Below are positions 36,750 to 50,179 of a stretch of 64,000 bases of DNA, one piece after another. The notes under the pieces were generated by a model, which made no database searches, was not told where the DNA came from, and was given only the letters and a program-made list of their open reading frames with translations. Both the position numbers and the translations under genes were made by a program. Source of the DNA: Lama guanicoe. Lineage: Eukaryota. Within the stretch, counting starts at the first letter, position 1. The number at the start of each line of letters is the position of its first letter. The DNA lies in NCBI GenBank assembly GCA_013239625.1, contig MU053559.1, positions 1,565,003 through 1,629,002 on the forward strand, in the 5' to 3' direction.

Positions 36750-37082
36750 CACTGTGATTTGACAGAGGCAGTTCTCTCAGACCCAAATGGTACTTGGATT
36801 TAAGTATCTCGGTTTGAGATGTTGGACAGACATCAGCACTGAAACTTCATCTGGCAATAGGATTCGGGGACTGATAAAGTTGCTCTTGCTTAAATGGTCC
36901 CCATGCATCCTTCTCTTAGCTTCGATGCCCACACTTGGTCTTAGAAAGTAGGAGGTAGATCACTCTGTCAATAGTCTTGATGACTTGGAACGGAGGCTGT
37001 GTCCTCCACAAAGATAAGGGATCTTTTCCTACAGTGAAATAATCACTCATTCAAGGACCTAAATAATCTGATCGTTGAGACC

Positions 37083-37918
37083 TATGGTATGTTAAAGATG
37101 GCCGCAAATTCTTTACCAATCCTCGCATCAAGCGCTGGAATCTGGCTTCCTACACCTTGAATCTAGACTGATCTCGTGATTTACTCTGACCAATGGAACA
37201 AGGTGAAAATGATGTTACGGGATTTCTGAGGCCAGGCATTAAGAGAGAATGATAACTTCTGCTTTCTTCCTCTTGGAGCCCAGCCGCCACGCCATAAGGT
37301 GGTCCAGGCTAGAGGACTGAATGATTAGACGCCAAGTGGAGAGAAATCCTGGAAGTCTGAGAGGCTATCTTAGAGGTTCCATTCCCAGTCCCCCGAGAGG
37401 TGAAAGATCCTAGCTAAACACAACTGCATAAGCGATCCCAAGCAAGACCAGCAGAACCACCCAGCTGAATTCCAGCCATCCCACAGAACTGTGAGAAATA
37501 ATAAACAATAATTATAATAATTATCTTTTTATTTTTAATTGTGGTTAAAAAAAACCCCCACAAACATATCATGTACCATCTTAAACTGTATACTCCAGTA
37601 GTGTTAAGCATATTCACGTTGTTGTGCAACCAACCTCTAGAACGCTTTCATTTTGAAAACCGAAACTCTATCGATTAAACAACTCCCCTTTTCCCCTTCC
37701 TCCCAGCCTCTGTCAACCACCATTCCATTTCTTGTTTCTATGAATTTGACTACTTTGGATACATCAGGTGGGTGGAATCATAACAGCTTTTGTCTTTTTG
37801 TAACTAGTTTATTTCATTTAGCAGAATGTCCGCAAAGTTTATCCATATTGAATAAATACTTATCTTAAGCCACTAACTTTTGGAGTGGCTTGTTACAACA
37901 CAATAGATAAGCTGATAC
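37083..37918 (+). mobile_element. MaLR LTR (MLT1F-like) split by an L1MB fragment (minus, ~37525-37850)
   Basis: aaagatggccgcaaattcttt...cccacagaactgtgagaaataata | ttaagccactaacttttggagtggcttgttac..caatagataagctgataca. Confidence 0.8.
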
Positions 37919-38046
37919 AAGCTTATCTGACAAAGTTTGTTTCTCAAAGGAATAAATAGTTTTATTTTATTCATTGACGGGGTTGGACCTCTAGGAGAAT
38001 AAAGAAAATCAACTCATTTGCTGATAGTTTGTAGCATATTTCTTTT

Positions 38047-38183
38047 GTTTGTTTTTGTTTCTTTTGGAGAGGGAGGTAACTAGGTTTATTTATTTATTTA
38101 CTTAGTGGAGGTACCAGGGATTGAACCCATGACCTCATGCATGCTAGGCATGGACTCTACCACTGAGCTATACCCTCCCCCGA
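38047..38183 (-). mobile_element. vic-1-like SINE
   Basis: TSD catatttctttt at 38035-38046 and 38184-38195. Confidence 0.92.
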
Positions 38184-38244
38184 CATATTTCTTTTTTTTT
38201 TTAAAGTGAATTGCATGATAGCACTTTGATTAGGAATCATTATT

Positions 38245-39610
38245 TTCCTTTCAGTTTTATTGAGATATAATTGACATTTAATGTTGTGTAATTTTAAGGG
38301 ATACAGCATGATGATTTGATACATGTATATATTGTAAACTGGTTACCACAATATGGTTAGTTAACATCTCCATCATCTCACATAGTTATCTCTTTTTCTA
38401 CTCTCTTAGCAACATTTATATATATATATATAATAAAAGTATTGTTAACTGTACTCACCATGCTGTACATTAGATCCCAGAACTTATTCATTTTCTAACT
38501 GGAAGTTTGTACCCTTTGATCAATACCTCCCCATTCCCCCCACCCTCAGTCCCTGGCAACAGCCATCTTACTCCCTGTTTCTATGAGTTCAGCTTTTTTA
38601 GATTCCACATATAAGTGAGATTATACAGTGTTTGCCTTTGTCTATCTGACTTACTTAGCATAGCATAATTCCCTCAAGTTCAATTCATGTTGTTGCAAAC
38701 GGCAGGATTTCCTTCTTTCTCATGGCTGAATAATATTCCATTGTGGATCTGTCTATCTATCAATCTATCTATCTATCACATCTTCTTTATTCATTTATCC
38801 AGACACTTAGGACAGACACTTAGGTTGTTTCCATATCTTGGCTATTTGTGAATAACGCTGCAATAAACATGGGAGTGCAGATACGTTGACAAGATCCTGA
38901 TTTCATTTCCTTTGGTTATCCAGAATTGAAATTGCTGGATTGTGTGGTAGTTCTATTTTTAATTTTTTGAGGAACTTCCATATTGTTTTTCATAGCAGCT
39001 GCACCAATGTGCATTCCCACCAACAGTACACAAGTTCCCTTTTCTCCAAATCCTCACCAACACTTGTTATTTCCTGTTTTTCTGGTAAAAGCCATTCTAA
39101 TAGGTGTGAGATGATATCTCACAGTGGTTTTGACTTGCATTTCCTTGACGATTTGAGACGCTGAGCATCTTTCATGTACCTGTTGTCCATTTGTATGTCT
39201 TCTTTGGGACAATGTCTATTCAAGTTCTCTGCCTATTTTTTTCTTTTTTTTAATTGAAGTATAGTCAGTTTACAATGTTGTGTCAATTTCTGGTGTGCAG
39301 CATAATGTTTCAGTTATACATAAACATACATATATTCATTTTCATATTCTTTTTCATTATCGGTTACTATTCTGCCTATTTTTTAATTGGATTGTTCGTT
39401 TCTTTTGTTATTGACTTGTATGCCTTCTTTATATATTTTGGATATTAATCCCATATCGGATATGTGATTTGCAAATCTTTTCTCCCATTCCATGAGTTGC
39501 CTTTTCACTTTGTTGATTGTTTCTTTTGCTGTGCAGAAGCTTTTTAGTTTGATGTAGTCCCACTTAGCTAGTTTTGCTTTTGTTGCTTGTACTTTTGGTA
39601 TCTTATCAAA
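38245..39610 (-). mobile_element. L1MA9-like 3' part containing a nested young L1 end (39241-39370)
   Basis: ORF2 remnant [23 protein letters not shown]; nested TSD tctgcctattttt at 39228 and 39371. Confidence 0.9.
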
Positions 39611-39899
39611 TGTAGCGTATTTCAAAAACACAGCTTTAACTTGTTCAAACATTTGGCTTGATAGTGTAGTCAAATTCTCAGAGCTTTGATTTTCACCGCT
39701 CGGCTCAAACAGGCTATCTGTATAAAGAAACAGAAGCTAATGTTAACATTCATTTCAGATGGCCACACGTTTATATACTGACTCATAGGCCTGGGAGGGA
39801 GCCTGATAGAGTATTTAGTTAGCCCCTGTCTCCAAGCAGACTTATACTAGACAAATGCATAGCAAGGCTTTTAAAGGAACTAGCAGAATTAAAGAAGCT

Positions 39900-40085
39900 A
39901 TGGCATAGTGGTTAAGAGCCCACACCTGGCTTTAAATGCAGGCTCTACCATGAATTAATTGAACTTTTGTCAAGTGGGCATAATAATAGCGCTTACCTCA
40001 CTATCTCAGTCTGGTAACAAAAACTAAATGAATGAACGCATACAGAGGACATAGTAAACACTCAGTAAACACTTACTATATTAAT
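39900..40085 (+). mobile_element. MIR SINE
   Basis: tggcatagtggttaagagc...ataataatagcgcttacctca...catagtaaacactcagtaaa. Confidence 0.75.
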
Positions 40086-40244
40086 GAATCGCTCCAGTGT
40101 TTAATCACATCTTCAATATCGAAAGGTTCCCTATACTTTTCAAGGTATGTTTCTCAACTCATATTACAGCAAATTAACAAAAAAGAGCACCTGAGGAAGA
40201 GTATCGTTTGTGTTTCACCTCCAGCCATACTGATGATGGTCCGT

Positions 40245-40620
40245 TTTCATTCAGCAAATGTGTATTGAGCATATTTGTTGAGCCAGGCTCTGCGTGGGGT
40301 AAAGAAGACGATATTCTCGATCTCAGATCTTGCGTTTTTGAGTAATGGCTGAGCCAAAACACATAAATAAGCCAAACCCAAGATAGCAATAGATTGGGAA
40401 AATTGATGAGAAAGAATTAAACAGGACATTGTAATAGAAAGTAACTGGCATTTCGATAGTGTCGTCAGGAAAGTTCTCTTTGTGAGGATGATATATGAAC
40501 TGAAACTTGGAGGATGAGAAGAAACTAGACATCAAGAGCAGACAAAGAAATGAGTGGTAAGACATTTCAAGGAAAGGGAACAGCATGTGCAAAGTGCTAG
40601 ATGCAAGCCCCGAAACAGGG
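40245..40620 (-). mobile_element. L2 3' fragment
   Basis: ttcattcagcaaatgtgtattgagca...gggaacagcatgtgcaaag. Confidence 0.7.
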
Positions 40621-40727
40621 AAAACATTGCCTCTACTTTATTTCTCTGCTACTTAACATGGTCAAAGTTATCTCTTGCTGGAGTGACAGAAAACTGCTAC
40701 CCAGAGGCATCCTTTCCACTAACTCTT

Positions 40728-40882
40728 TTATTTTATTTTATTTTTTATTGAAGTGTAGTTGATTTACAATGTTAGTTTCAGGTGTACAGCAAAGTGATTC
40801 AGTTATACATATACATACATATATATATATTCTTTTCAGATTCTTTTCTGTTATGTTATTACAAGAAATTGAATATAGTCCC
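40728..40882 (-). mobile_element. Short L1 3' end with TSD
   Basis: TSD cactaactctt at 40717-40727 and 40886-40896. Confidence 0.88.
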
Positions 40883-41204
40883 CTTCACTAACTCTTATTT
40901 CATTCATGAGCAAATAACCATGTTGCAGGATTACAGCAAACTGTGAAGACTGTGCATGCAAGAGCAAGAGTTTAGAACTCTAACAGAGCTTCATCAGGAC
41001 ACGTTTAACGATATGATCTGGTCAAATTGACCATCAGAACCTCCAATCTCTTCACTGCCCAAGTCAGATCCAGAGGACCCATTCAGTCACCAAGTCTGGT
41101 CACGTCTCTCAAGCCAGTCTCTCATCCAACCCCATTGTCATTTATTTGGTTTGGTTCTTATCATTTATTTCCTTCCGAATTACAAAAAGTTATCTGCTAC
41201 TTGG

Positions 41205-41698
41205 GGTGGTGGTGGATTGCAGAAATGGTCACAAGAATTGCAGCTCCTTCCATCAAAGGATGGAATCTCTTTCTCCAGTCCTTGACTCTGGGCTGGCCTT
41301 GACACTTGCTTTGCAGTTGAAGCAACATTGTATGAATTTCAAATATGAGGCCCAAGGGACCCTGTGTGTTTCCACTCTTGCTCTGGGAGCCTCTTCCACC
41401 ACTACCACGTGGGCAAACCCAGAATAGCCTGCCGGAAGATGGGAGACCGTGTGGAGCAAAGATGAGCCATCCCATCTCAGCTCTCCTGGACCAGCCAGTC
41501 CTCAGGTGACCCAGCCCCTGACAACAAATACATGAAGACAGTCAAGTTCAGCCAAGCTAAGCCCAGATCAGCAGAAATGCCCATCTGAGCCCAGCCCCAA
41601 AATGCCAAAGCACAAAATAGTAAGATAAATAAATGTTTTTTTTAAAGCCATTAAGTTTGAGCTTAAGTTTCTACCGCAGTAAAAAGCTAACTGATACA
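41205..41698 (+). mobile_element. MaLR LTR (MLT1H-like)
   Basis: gtggtggattgcagaaatggtcacaa...tctgggctggccttg...aaagccattaagttt...agctaactgataca. Confidence 0.82.
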
Positions 41699-41734
41699 AC
41701 TCATTTCCTGGCTTCTTTTTTTTTTTGTCCCACG

Positions 41735-43230
41735 ACAATCAGTGGTCTTTCAAAAACGTGACCCAATCATCATGCTCCCCCGCATTTTCCCATCACCTTC
41801 GTGTCAAACCCAAACTTCTCAATTGTGCCTCATCTTTCACCACTCAACCACAGGCTGTACCAATTTCCTGTGATTGCCCAAGCATACAATGTATCCTTTC
41901 ACCTCCATGCCTGTGGGACAATAAATGTCTGTTTAAGCCATCCAGTCTGCGGTGTTCTGTTACAGGAGCCCTAGTGAATTAGTACAATGCTATTCCTTCT
42001 ACCAGGAAGTTCCTTCAAACCTCAGTACACCCACACCCGCTTCCTCACCTGGCTAATTCCGACTTGTCCTTCTCACAGAGCCCACCACCTTGGGGGGAAG
42101 CCTTCCCTAATTGCCTTCAGGCTGGTTAAGTGACCCTAATCTGTGACTCCTTCCCCGTAGAGAGCACTTATCCTGGTGTATTAAAATTCTTTTGTGTGTG
42201 GTAAGAATACTTAACATGAGATCTACCCTCTTAACAAAATTTTAAGTGTACAATATAGTGATTTTTTAACTAGAGGTACTATGTTGTAAAGCAAATCTCT
42301 AGAACTAAATCATGCACTACTGAAACTTTATACCCATTGAACAGCAACTCCCCATTTCTCCCTTCCCCCCAGCCCCTGGCAATCACCATGCTACTCTTTG
42401 TTTCTATGTGTTTGACTACTTTAGACACCTCATGTAAGTGTTATCATTCAGTATTTGTCTTTCTGTTACTGGCTTTTTTTTTCACTTAGCTTAATGTCCT
42501 CCAGGTTCATCTGTCTTATCACATATGGCAGGATTTAATTATTTTTTTAAGGCTGAATAATATTACGTTGTAAGTTTGCATGGCATTTTCTTTATCCATT
42601 CATCTGTCCACGGACATTTAGGTAGTTTCCACATCTTAGCTCTTGTCAATAGTACTGCAATCAATGTGGGAGTGCAGATATCTGTTCGAGATCCTAATTT
42701 CAGTTCTTTTGGATATATACCCAGAACAGGTATTGCTGGATCATATGGTAGTTCTATTTTTAATTTTTCGAGGAACCTCCTTACTATTCTCCATAGTGGC
42801 TGCAAGATTTTACATTCGCACCAGCAGGGTACAAGTGTTCCAGTTTCTCCACATCCTTGCCATATTTGTTATCTTTTTGTTGTTGTTTGTATGTCTTTTT
42901 TTGGAGAAATGTCTATTTAAGTCCCTTGCCCATTTTTAAATCGGGTTATTTGTTATTTTGCTGTTGAGTTGAAGGAGTTCTTTATACATTTTCGATATTA
43001 ACTCAGATAGATAGTTTGAAAATCTTTTCTCCCCCCACCCCGTAAGTTACCATTTCAGTTTGTTGATGTTTTCTTTTGCTGTGTGGAAGCTTTTTAATTC
43101 GATGTGGTCTCTGCCCACTAGGCTGTGAACATCTAAGGGCAAAGAGTGTGCCTTTCATGTCTTAGTCTCCAGTGCTGAACGGAATGCCTGGCACACAGCA
43201 TATGTTTAATAAGTGCTTGTTGGAATAAAA
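41735..43230 (+). mobile_element. Fragmented L2 3' region (hosts an MLT1A piece and an L1)
   Basis: ggaagccttccctaa...; terminus tgcctggcacacagcatatgtttaataagtgcttgttggaat. Confidence 0.65.
42190..43110 (-). mobile_element. L1MA10/L1MB-like 3' part
   Basis: gtggtaagaatacttaacatgagatctaccctcttaac...; [28 protein letters not shown]. Confidence 0.88.
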
Positions 43231-43499
43231 TCCTGTCATTTCCTGCCTCCACATTTTCCCAACTCTTTGTATTTATTTTTCTCATGCTGCCCCCTCACTT
43301 GTAATGCTCCTCGCCACATCTTCCCAAGTCCAAATCATACCGTCCTATAAGATTCACCTTAAAAATAATTTTTTGGAGAAAATTTTTTCTGATTGCACCA
43401 GCTAGAAGTGATCCTTCCTTTTTTTTTGGAATGCCCATTGTTCTTTATATGTAGCTCACTTAATGGATTTTTCGTTGTTACGTTGCTCTATATCTGAAC

Positions 43500-43990
43500 C
43501 CTCCATCTCTCTTGCTCATCCTATGCATTTTTGACAGCTCCCACCTTCCACTACAAAATCTGGAAAGCTGGTGCTTGCTTTGCCTGCCTTCCTTACAGCT
43601 AGGGGGCTGGCACATGATCTAGGCTGAGCGAGTGAAACACATCTGCCTGGTACTTTGCATTGAAAGAGGGAGAGGTAAGGAATTAACAACAGTGAGGAAC
43701 CTGTCTGGTGGTGGCGGCGATGGCAGCAGCAACACTCAGTCTCCAGGGCAGCAGTGCCAATGAGATGCCAGGACTCCAGGTCACAGTCTAAGCTCCAGCC
43801 TCCAAGAATCACAGGAAGCAGCAGGGTGCTCCTGCTGGCACGGTTTTGGGGCACAGTTTGGCCTGTTCTTCTGGCCGCCTTGCTTACCTTGGTCTCTGCT
43901 CATTTTCCGAGTGTGATATTCCAGCCTTTCCAATGGATCTATGAAAAGCTTACATCTGTGGCTGGAGCAGAAGAGCTTTGATTTGTAAAG
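43500..43990 (+). mobile_element. Old ERVL LTR (LTR33-like)
   Basis: ccttccttacagctagggggctggcacatgatctaggc; degenerate. Confidence 0.45.
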
Positions 43991-44511
43991 AATGGTGAGG
44001 TCTTTGGGGCTTACCTCAGAGGTAAGGGCTCTGACTTCGTGAATTCACTAACTGGGTTGCAGAGCTTTGTACACAGGAGAAATTCATTAAATATTTCACG
44101 AGTCAATGAAAAAATAGTGATTATTACATATAGGGAAATCATTGTTTATAGCTTTCTTTTCCATTTGTTAGCTTCTGGCATTTTTCACCAATATCAGTTT
44201 TCCTTGATATATAGACACTTATCTTCAACATACTTCATATTTAGGGAAAAGACTTAAATTACTGAAGTTGATTCCATTAAGCTATAATGGCCAACTATAA
44301 ATTATAGTGCATATATGTGATTGACCCCAGATATTTCACTATTTGATGAAATGAAGCATTGCGAGAAGTACTTTAATAACAGTTCTATGATCTGTGTGGC
44401 TGAATATGGGGAAGGAGGAAGCTTGGACGGAAGACATACTTGCATATTTGGCTCATGTATGTTATCTTTTTGTGTTATTGTTAATAGCCATCCTAACAGG
44501 TGAGGTGAATG

Positions 44512-44992
44512 TGTTGCCAGAGAATAGGTTCTTGTCTTGTGCAGGAAAAAATTCGAGAGCAAGCCATAGTAAAGGGAAAGTAGATTTATTCAGACAGATA
44601 CACACTCCATAGAGTGTGGGGTGTCTCAGAAGGTGAGAGAGGTGGCCCAAGGTGCGCAGGTGGTTAGTTTTTATGGGCTGGGTAATACATATGCTAACGA
44701 GTGGGAGGATCATTCCAACTGTGCTGGGGAAGGGGCAAGGATTTCTGGGAATTGGGCCCCCACCCACTTTTTGGCCTTTTATGGTCAGCCTGGGAACTGC
44801 CATGGTGCTTGGTGGATGTGTCATTTAACATACTAATGTATTGCAATGAGACTATACCGAGGCTCAAGGTCTACTGGCAGTCTAATCTTCCACCATCTTG
44901 GGCCCAGTTGGTTCCAACCAGTTTATTCTGTGCCCTCAATTGCTATGTCATTCCTTTAATGGTTGTGCTCTGCCCTCTTCCCTCCTGTCTCA
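44512..44992 (-). mobile_element. ERV1 solo LTR with exact 4-bp TSD (AATG)
   Basis: tgttgccag...tttatt...ccctcctgtctca; aatg at 44508-44511 and 44993-44996. Confidence 0.92.
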
Positions 44993-45791
44993 AATGTTCA
45001 CCCATGCATAGACAAGTAGAAGGCTACACATGAAGAAGTGATGTTGTATGTGAACCTGTGTGCCTCCATTTGATTGCAAACATGGCTTTGTTCCACCCAG
45101 AGAATATACATTGATTTTTAAGGCACAGATAGTAGAAGAGGAAGTTTATCTCAGTCAATTTAAACAAACCTGAAAGAAGGAAAGATTCAAACAGATATTC
45201 ACTTGGATATGAGATTTCCTGTTTTGTTCTCGATTTTATTTATTGACTTTTACAATTTTGTAATAAGAAGAAAACATTTAGATGAGACCCATAAAAATGC
45301 AAAGCTACAGCAGTTAATCGTGTTAGTCTATGCCTATTATGCAGAAACCCCTTTGAAACGTCTAAGCTATGAAAATCCTCCTCCAGTTACCTGGCTTCAC
45401 CTGAAATCCAGTGGGTCTGAAATCCCATTACATACCATACAAGAATGATTATTAGAAAATGGAATAGAGATCATCTCTGTTTTGCTCTGGCTCATTCTTT
45501 TCTGTTTTTAACTTGCATCTCTACAACATTTCCCTCTTTCCAGGTCTGGCTATTGCTTCAAATCACTGCAGAAACATGTTTTCCCCCTGGCTTTGAGAGA
45601 TCATGAAACATGATTGGTCTGGGAAAATTCAACACAGTTTTATTCTCATTGTTTGTTTTTGGCAAAAAGAGGGACCAAATAAAATCCTGTAGCTTCAATT
45701 TTAGCCAGAAAGAAAATCTAGCCCTTGTAGGGAAGTGCACATGATTTTGCCTTTGGAAGATGATTTTAAAAAAAACCATGTCTTCCTTTTC

Positions 45792-45996
45792 TTTTTTTTT
45801 TTTTAACATTTTTTATTGATTTATAATCATTTTACAATGTTGTGTCAAATTCCAGTGTTCAGCACAATTTTTCATTCATTCATGGACATATACACACTCA
45901 TTGTCACATTTTTTTTCTCTATGATTTATCATAACATTTTGTGTATATTTCCCTGTGCTATATAGTGTAATCTTGTTTATCTATTCTACAATTTTG
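45792..45996 (-). mobile_element. Young L1 3' end with TSD
   Basis: TSD aaccatgtct(t)ccttttc at 45774-45791 and 45997-46013. Confidence 0.92.
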
Positions 45997-46059
45997 AACC
46001 ATGTCTCCTTTTCTGAGCTCCTTTCAAAATATACTGTATCCATTAGGGATGATTTAGAT

Positions 46060-46250
46060 CAGCACTGTTAAGTAGAGTTTTCTTGATGATCAAAATGTTC
46101 TAAAATCCTGGCTCTTCAATACATTAGTCACTAGCTACATGTAGCTATTGAAGACTTGAAATTTGGCATGTGGTTGAGGGACTGAACTTTCAATTTTATT
46201 GACTTTTAATTAATTAAAATTTAAATTGAAATAGTCACTTGTGGCTACTA
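46060..46250. mobile_element. MER3-like hAT-Charlie MITE
   Basis: gatgatcaaaatgttcta...cactagctacatgtagctattga..acttgaaat...gactgaacttt...tagtcacttgtggcta. Confidence 0.78.
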
Positions 46251-46939
46251 CATCATATAATCTGGTAGTATTATCAAGATGCAGTCCTTCTCATATTTCT
46301 GTCCTGGTATCCTTAGCATGCAGGCGTCCATCCTTATGCTCCTTGCCTTGTGGCTGCAAATGAATGCTGTACGTCTGACCAGCATATCTGCATTCCAGTA
46401 GGAAAAAGGAGGCGGAGGAAGAAGAGAAACTAGAAATCATCTGTACTTTCTATGTGACGTAACTGTAATGGAGGTTGGGAAATGGAATTTTTAGTTGTTT
46501 TAGCCTCTATAGCAGAAGTAGACAAAGAGAAAAAAAGAGTTTGGGTCAACCAGTCTATAATGTCTGTCTGAACACCAAAACTTATTAGACCCTCATGGAT
46601 TACTGAGAAAATAAACACATGCTTAAAGAAAAATAACTGATTTGGTAGCAGCCTGGCAAGGGGGCAGGCAGATAGCTGGTAGCTACCTAAGTAATTCTGG
46701 TGTAAAAATAATTATGCTCATTTTCAGTTGATGAAATCCAAGAGACTTAAATGCAGAAAAGTTAAGTGATCTAAGATAATATGGATACTACCTTAAAGAG
46801 TAGAAATTCTCAACCTTGGTTGAGGAGTGGAATTGCCTGGGGAGGTTTTAAAAATCCAAATGCCCAGTCTGTGCTCCTGACCAATTCATTCATTCTCAAG
46901 GGGCAGGGGGTGTTTGGAGTGTAGCTAAGCTTGAAGATT

Positions 46940-47830
46940 GTATTGTGGTTACCTATCACTGCATAACGTGGTACCCCAAGACTTTATGCCTTAAAGCAAC
47001 AATCATTTTCTTACGGTTTATTGTGGTGATTCTTCTTTTCCACGTGGTGTTGACAGCAGTCACTCCATGATGTTCAGTGAGTAGATGAGCTGGTCTGGAG
47101 GGTCTAAGATGGATCCACCCATGTGCCTGGTACCTTGATGGAAATCATTCTTCAGAGGCTGGGCTTGACTGGGACTGTTGACAAGAGCATCCACATGTGG
47201 TCTGTCTAGCATTGGGGCTTCAAGATATGGACTTCAGATATGGCTGCTCAGGGCTCTAAGAGAGACTATTACAGTGAATAAGGTAGAATATGACCTAGCC
47301 TTGGAAATCATACAGTGTCACTTGTGCCATACTCTGTTGGTCAAAGCACTCATCAGCTCACCCAGCATCAGTGGGAGGAACATAGATCCCTCCTATCTGA
47401 GTCTTTTCAGGCTGTTATAACAAAATATCACAGATTATGTAGCTTCTAAGTAGAAGAAAATTTTATTTCTTACAGTTCTGAAGACTGGGAAGTCTAAGAC
47501 CAAAGCACCAGCATAGTCACATTCTGGTAAGGGCCTGCTTCCTGGTTCATAGCTGGCACCTTCTGTAGTGTCCTCACATGGTGGAAGGGGTGAGGGTCCC
47601 TGGGGTCTCTTCTATAAGGGCACTAATCCCATTCATGAGGGCTCCACCCTCGACTTAAGTACCTCCTGAAGGCCGTATCTCCTAATACCATCATTTTGGA
47701 GAATTAGGATTTCAACATTTGAGATTTAGGGGGATGGACACAAACATTCAGACCATAGCACCCCCCCCCCCAACTCTCAGTGAGAGGAAAGTCAAATAAT
47801 TTGTGGCCATATTTTAAAACCAATGCCGAC
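46940..47830 (-). mobile_element. MLT1H-like LTR with nested MLT1A-like LTR (~47393-47760)
   Basis: Outer tgacctagccttggaaatcatacagtgtcac; inner ttacagttctgaagactgggaagtctaaga...cactaatcccattcatgagggctcc...aaacattcagaccatagca. Confidence 0.82.
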
Positions 47831-47839
47831 TGTTACAGA

Positions 47840-47985
47840 GTAGTGTTTCTCAAACTTAATATGCATTTGAATCCTCTGGGATTCCTGTTGAAATGCACAT
47901 TCTGATTCAGATCTGGGCTAGAGCCCAAGATTCCATAGGGGGATCTAATATTGCTGGTCCTGGGACCACACTTTGAGTAGCAAGG
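47840..47985. mobile_element. MER5A-like MITE
   Basis: agtgtttctcaaactt...aaatgcacattctgattcag...gctggtcctgggaccacactttgagtagca. Confidence 0.82.
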
Positions 47986-49557
47986 ATATAAGAGAATTCA
48001 AACCTCAGGCTGGTTCACTATGTCTTTCTGATTGCCCCACACCAAGCACAGTCACTCAGAACCCAACCTTTGCTGTCTTGGTGAGCATGTGTGTAATAAG
48101 TAATATGAGTTGTTAGAAAGGAATCCCTTGTCCCTTTCAATGGAAGTCTCAAAATATCAAATCAGGCTCAAGTGGTGATCAAGTAAAACAGCAACTGAGT
48201 TTTCAGCAAGAACCTCCAGTTTTCTTAAGCAGAATCTGTCATTTAGCTGAATGCTTTTCCTGGCCAGCCTGGGACCTGGATCACACAGTGAGACCTGAGT
48301 TCTAATTCTTTAGACTTTGCCACCAATTCCCTGTACAAACACAGGTAAATAACCTTTATCCCTCAGTTTTCTTATCTGTACAATTAGGTAAATACAGATC
48401 ATCCCTAATGTCTCTTCTAGCTCAAACTAGCTCCACAACCCAGTTTCAGAGAGTGGTTACACTTAGTTCACTGAAAATGTAAGTTTGTCTCAAAAAATGT
48501 TTACCAAAGATACAAAGTAGCATATTCGGAGGGAAATTGGCCTGGTTTGCCCTCCTGTTCCAGGTGTGCCCTTTGCCTCAACCGTAGATCCACATAATGC
48601 AGTCTGAAAATTGCTCCGCTGCTAAGCAGAATACAGAGGAATGAGCAGGAACACAATACTGAGAAGACCCCATGCTGCCCTTCCAGGAGCCGCCTGGGGC
48701 TGTGGCTAGAATTACAGAGTACTCATAGAAAGAGGGCATTTATTCATCTCAAAATTATTTTTGAGAGCCTCCACAGTGGCTGCTACTCCACAAGGAACCT
48801 CAGTGTGAATTACAAAAAAAAAAAATCCTCACCTTCTGGGCTGGTGTAGATCTTCTCACTCAGCTTGGGGAGTCCAGAGGACCTTTGTGCATGTTAGAAA
48901 AGCCCTCACTTTCCCAAGTGGAAGCAGCCCCCACCAGGGTGAAGGTTTGGTGAGCAAGGAAGGCTGGCTTCGAGTCCTGGCTAATGTGCTATCTGCTTGG
49001 CACGCCCTCTAGAAAACAAGCTGCAAAAGCATACACGAAGCCCTTAGGTGACAGCTCTGGGTCAAGTCCTGTGTGCTAGGTGCTGGGGAGATGGGGAGAC
49101 TGTGGTGAGGAAAGCAGACATGATTTCTGGCCTCAAAGAAGTTAAATTCAAGTGGGACCAACTTGTGTTCCAGAGTTGAACGATCTATTCAGCAGCTGGG
49201 AAATAAGAGTAGTTAGAAATCTGGACACGTAGTTGATATGTGAACTGCCTGCAGTTGATCAAGACAGACTGAAAATCTCTGAAGTCCAGACACAAGAAAG
49301 CACTGACTCTGACACTGGTGGAATTGAAGTCCAACAGGACTAAGACAGAAATGCTCCCCTAATCACATCCTAAGGCTTTTTCTTAATGGAGAGAAATTAG
49401 AAATGAACATTGGAGCCATGGGGTATATTATGTATTGTCTGTTACCGAAGCAGTCAGACTTCAGTTCATTGTTAGTGAACATTTCAAGCTGAGACATTCT
49501 TGACTCATTCTTGCCACTTCCTTTATTTCTTAAGTACCAAGTGGAAAGACTCATTTG

Positions 49558-49680
49558 CAGGGAGAGTTCTCATGAACGCCTTCAGAAGCCCAGTAGGCTC
49601 TGTACGCATGGGCAGCAGTCAGTCTGAGAAAATACACGGAGGGGGAATTATGGGAAACTGGAGAGTGCATGCCCTCTAAC
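49558..49680 (+). mobile_element. MER102-like hAT fragment
   Basis: gggaaactggagagtgcatgccc resembles the MER102 segment GGCAAACTGGAGAGCGCATGCCC. Confidence 0.55.
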
Positions 49681-49811
49681 CGTATTCAAGTGTAACAAAC
49701 AAATAATAAAAATAGTAACAGCGTTAGTAATACAAGAAACAAATGTGATGAGCAAACAAAATGTGCTTATGGAATGAGTTTGGCCAAACTGTGACCTCTG
49801 AGATATATTGG

Positions 49812-49859
49812 TATAAATGCACACTTAGTGGACTCATCAGACAGACCAACCAGGTAAGT
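49812..49859 (+). promoter_or_regulatory. Candidate TATA promoter plus short first exon ending at a consensus donor
   Basis: TATAAAT at 49812-49818; Inr-like TCAGAC ~27 nt downstream; CAG|GTAAGT at 49851-49859. Confidence 0.3.
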
Positions 49860-50179
49860 GGCAGCAGCATGTGTTATAGGATGGGATACATGGCCCTGTG
49901 GGCAGGTCCGTTCTTACCTTGGAGTGGAATACATCACTTATGCTCTGGGCTGTACTATCTTAAATAAATCAGAGAATGAAGAATCGTCTGAAGGAGGTTG
50001 TGCTGCTGCATCATTTACAATTAAGTTTGCTTGTGAGCACCAACCCCCTCTCCCTATCAAATAATAAGGTAGAACTTTCTCTTCCATTTCTCTCGGGTAA
50101 AAGAAATCTGAAAGTAGGCTGTCCGTGAATGATATAGTATCTTCTGGTTGTCACTGGGGACTCAGGCCCTCCTCTTTCT

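Noticed and set aside
46132..46147. 16-bp palindrome tagctacatgtagcta
   Set aside because: This is an intrinsic palindrome of the MER3-type MITE.
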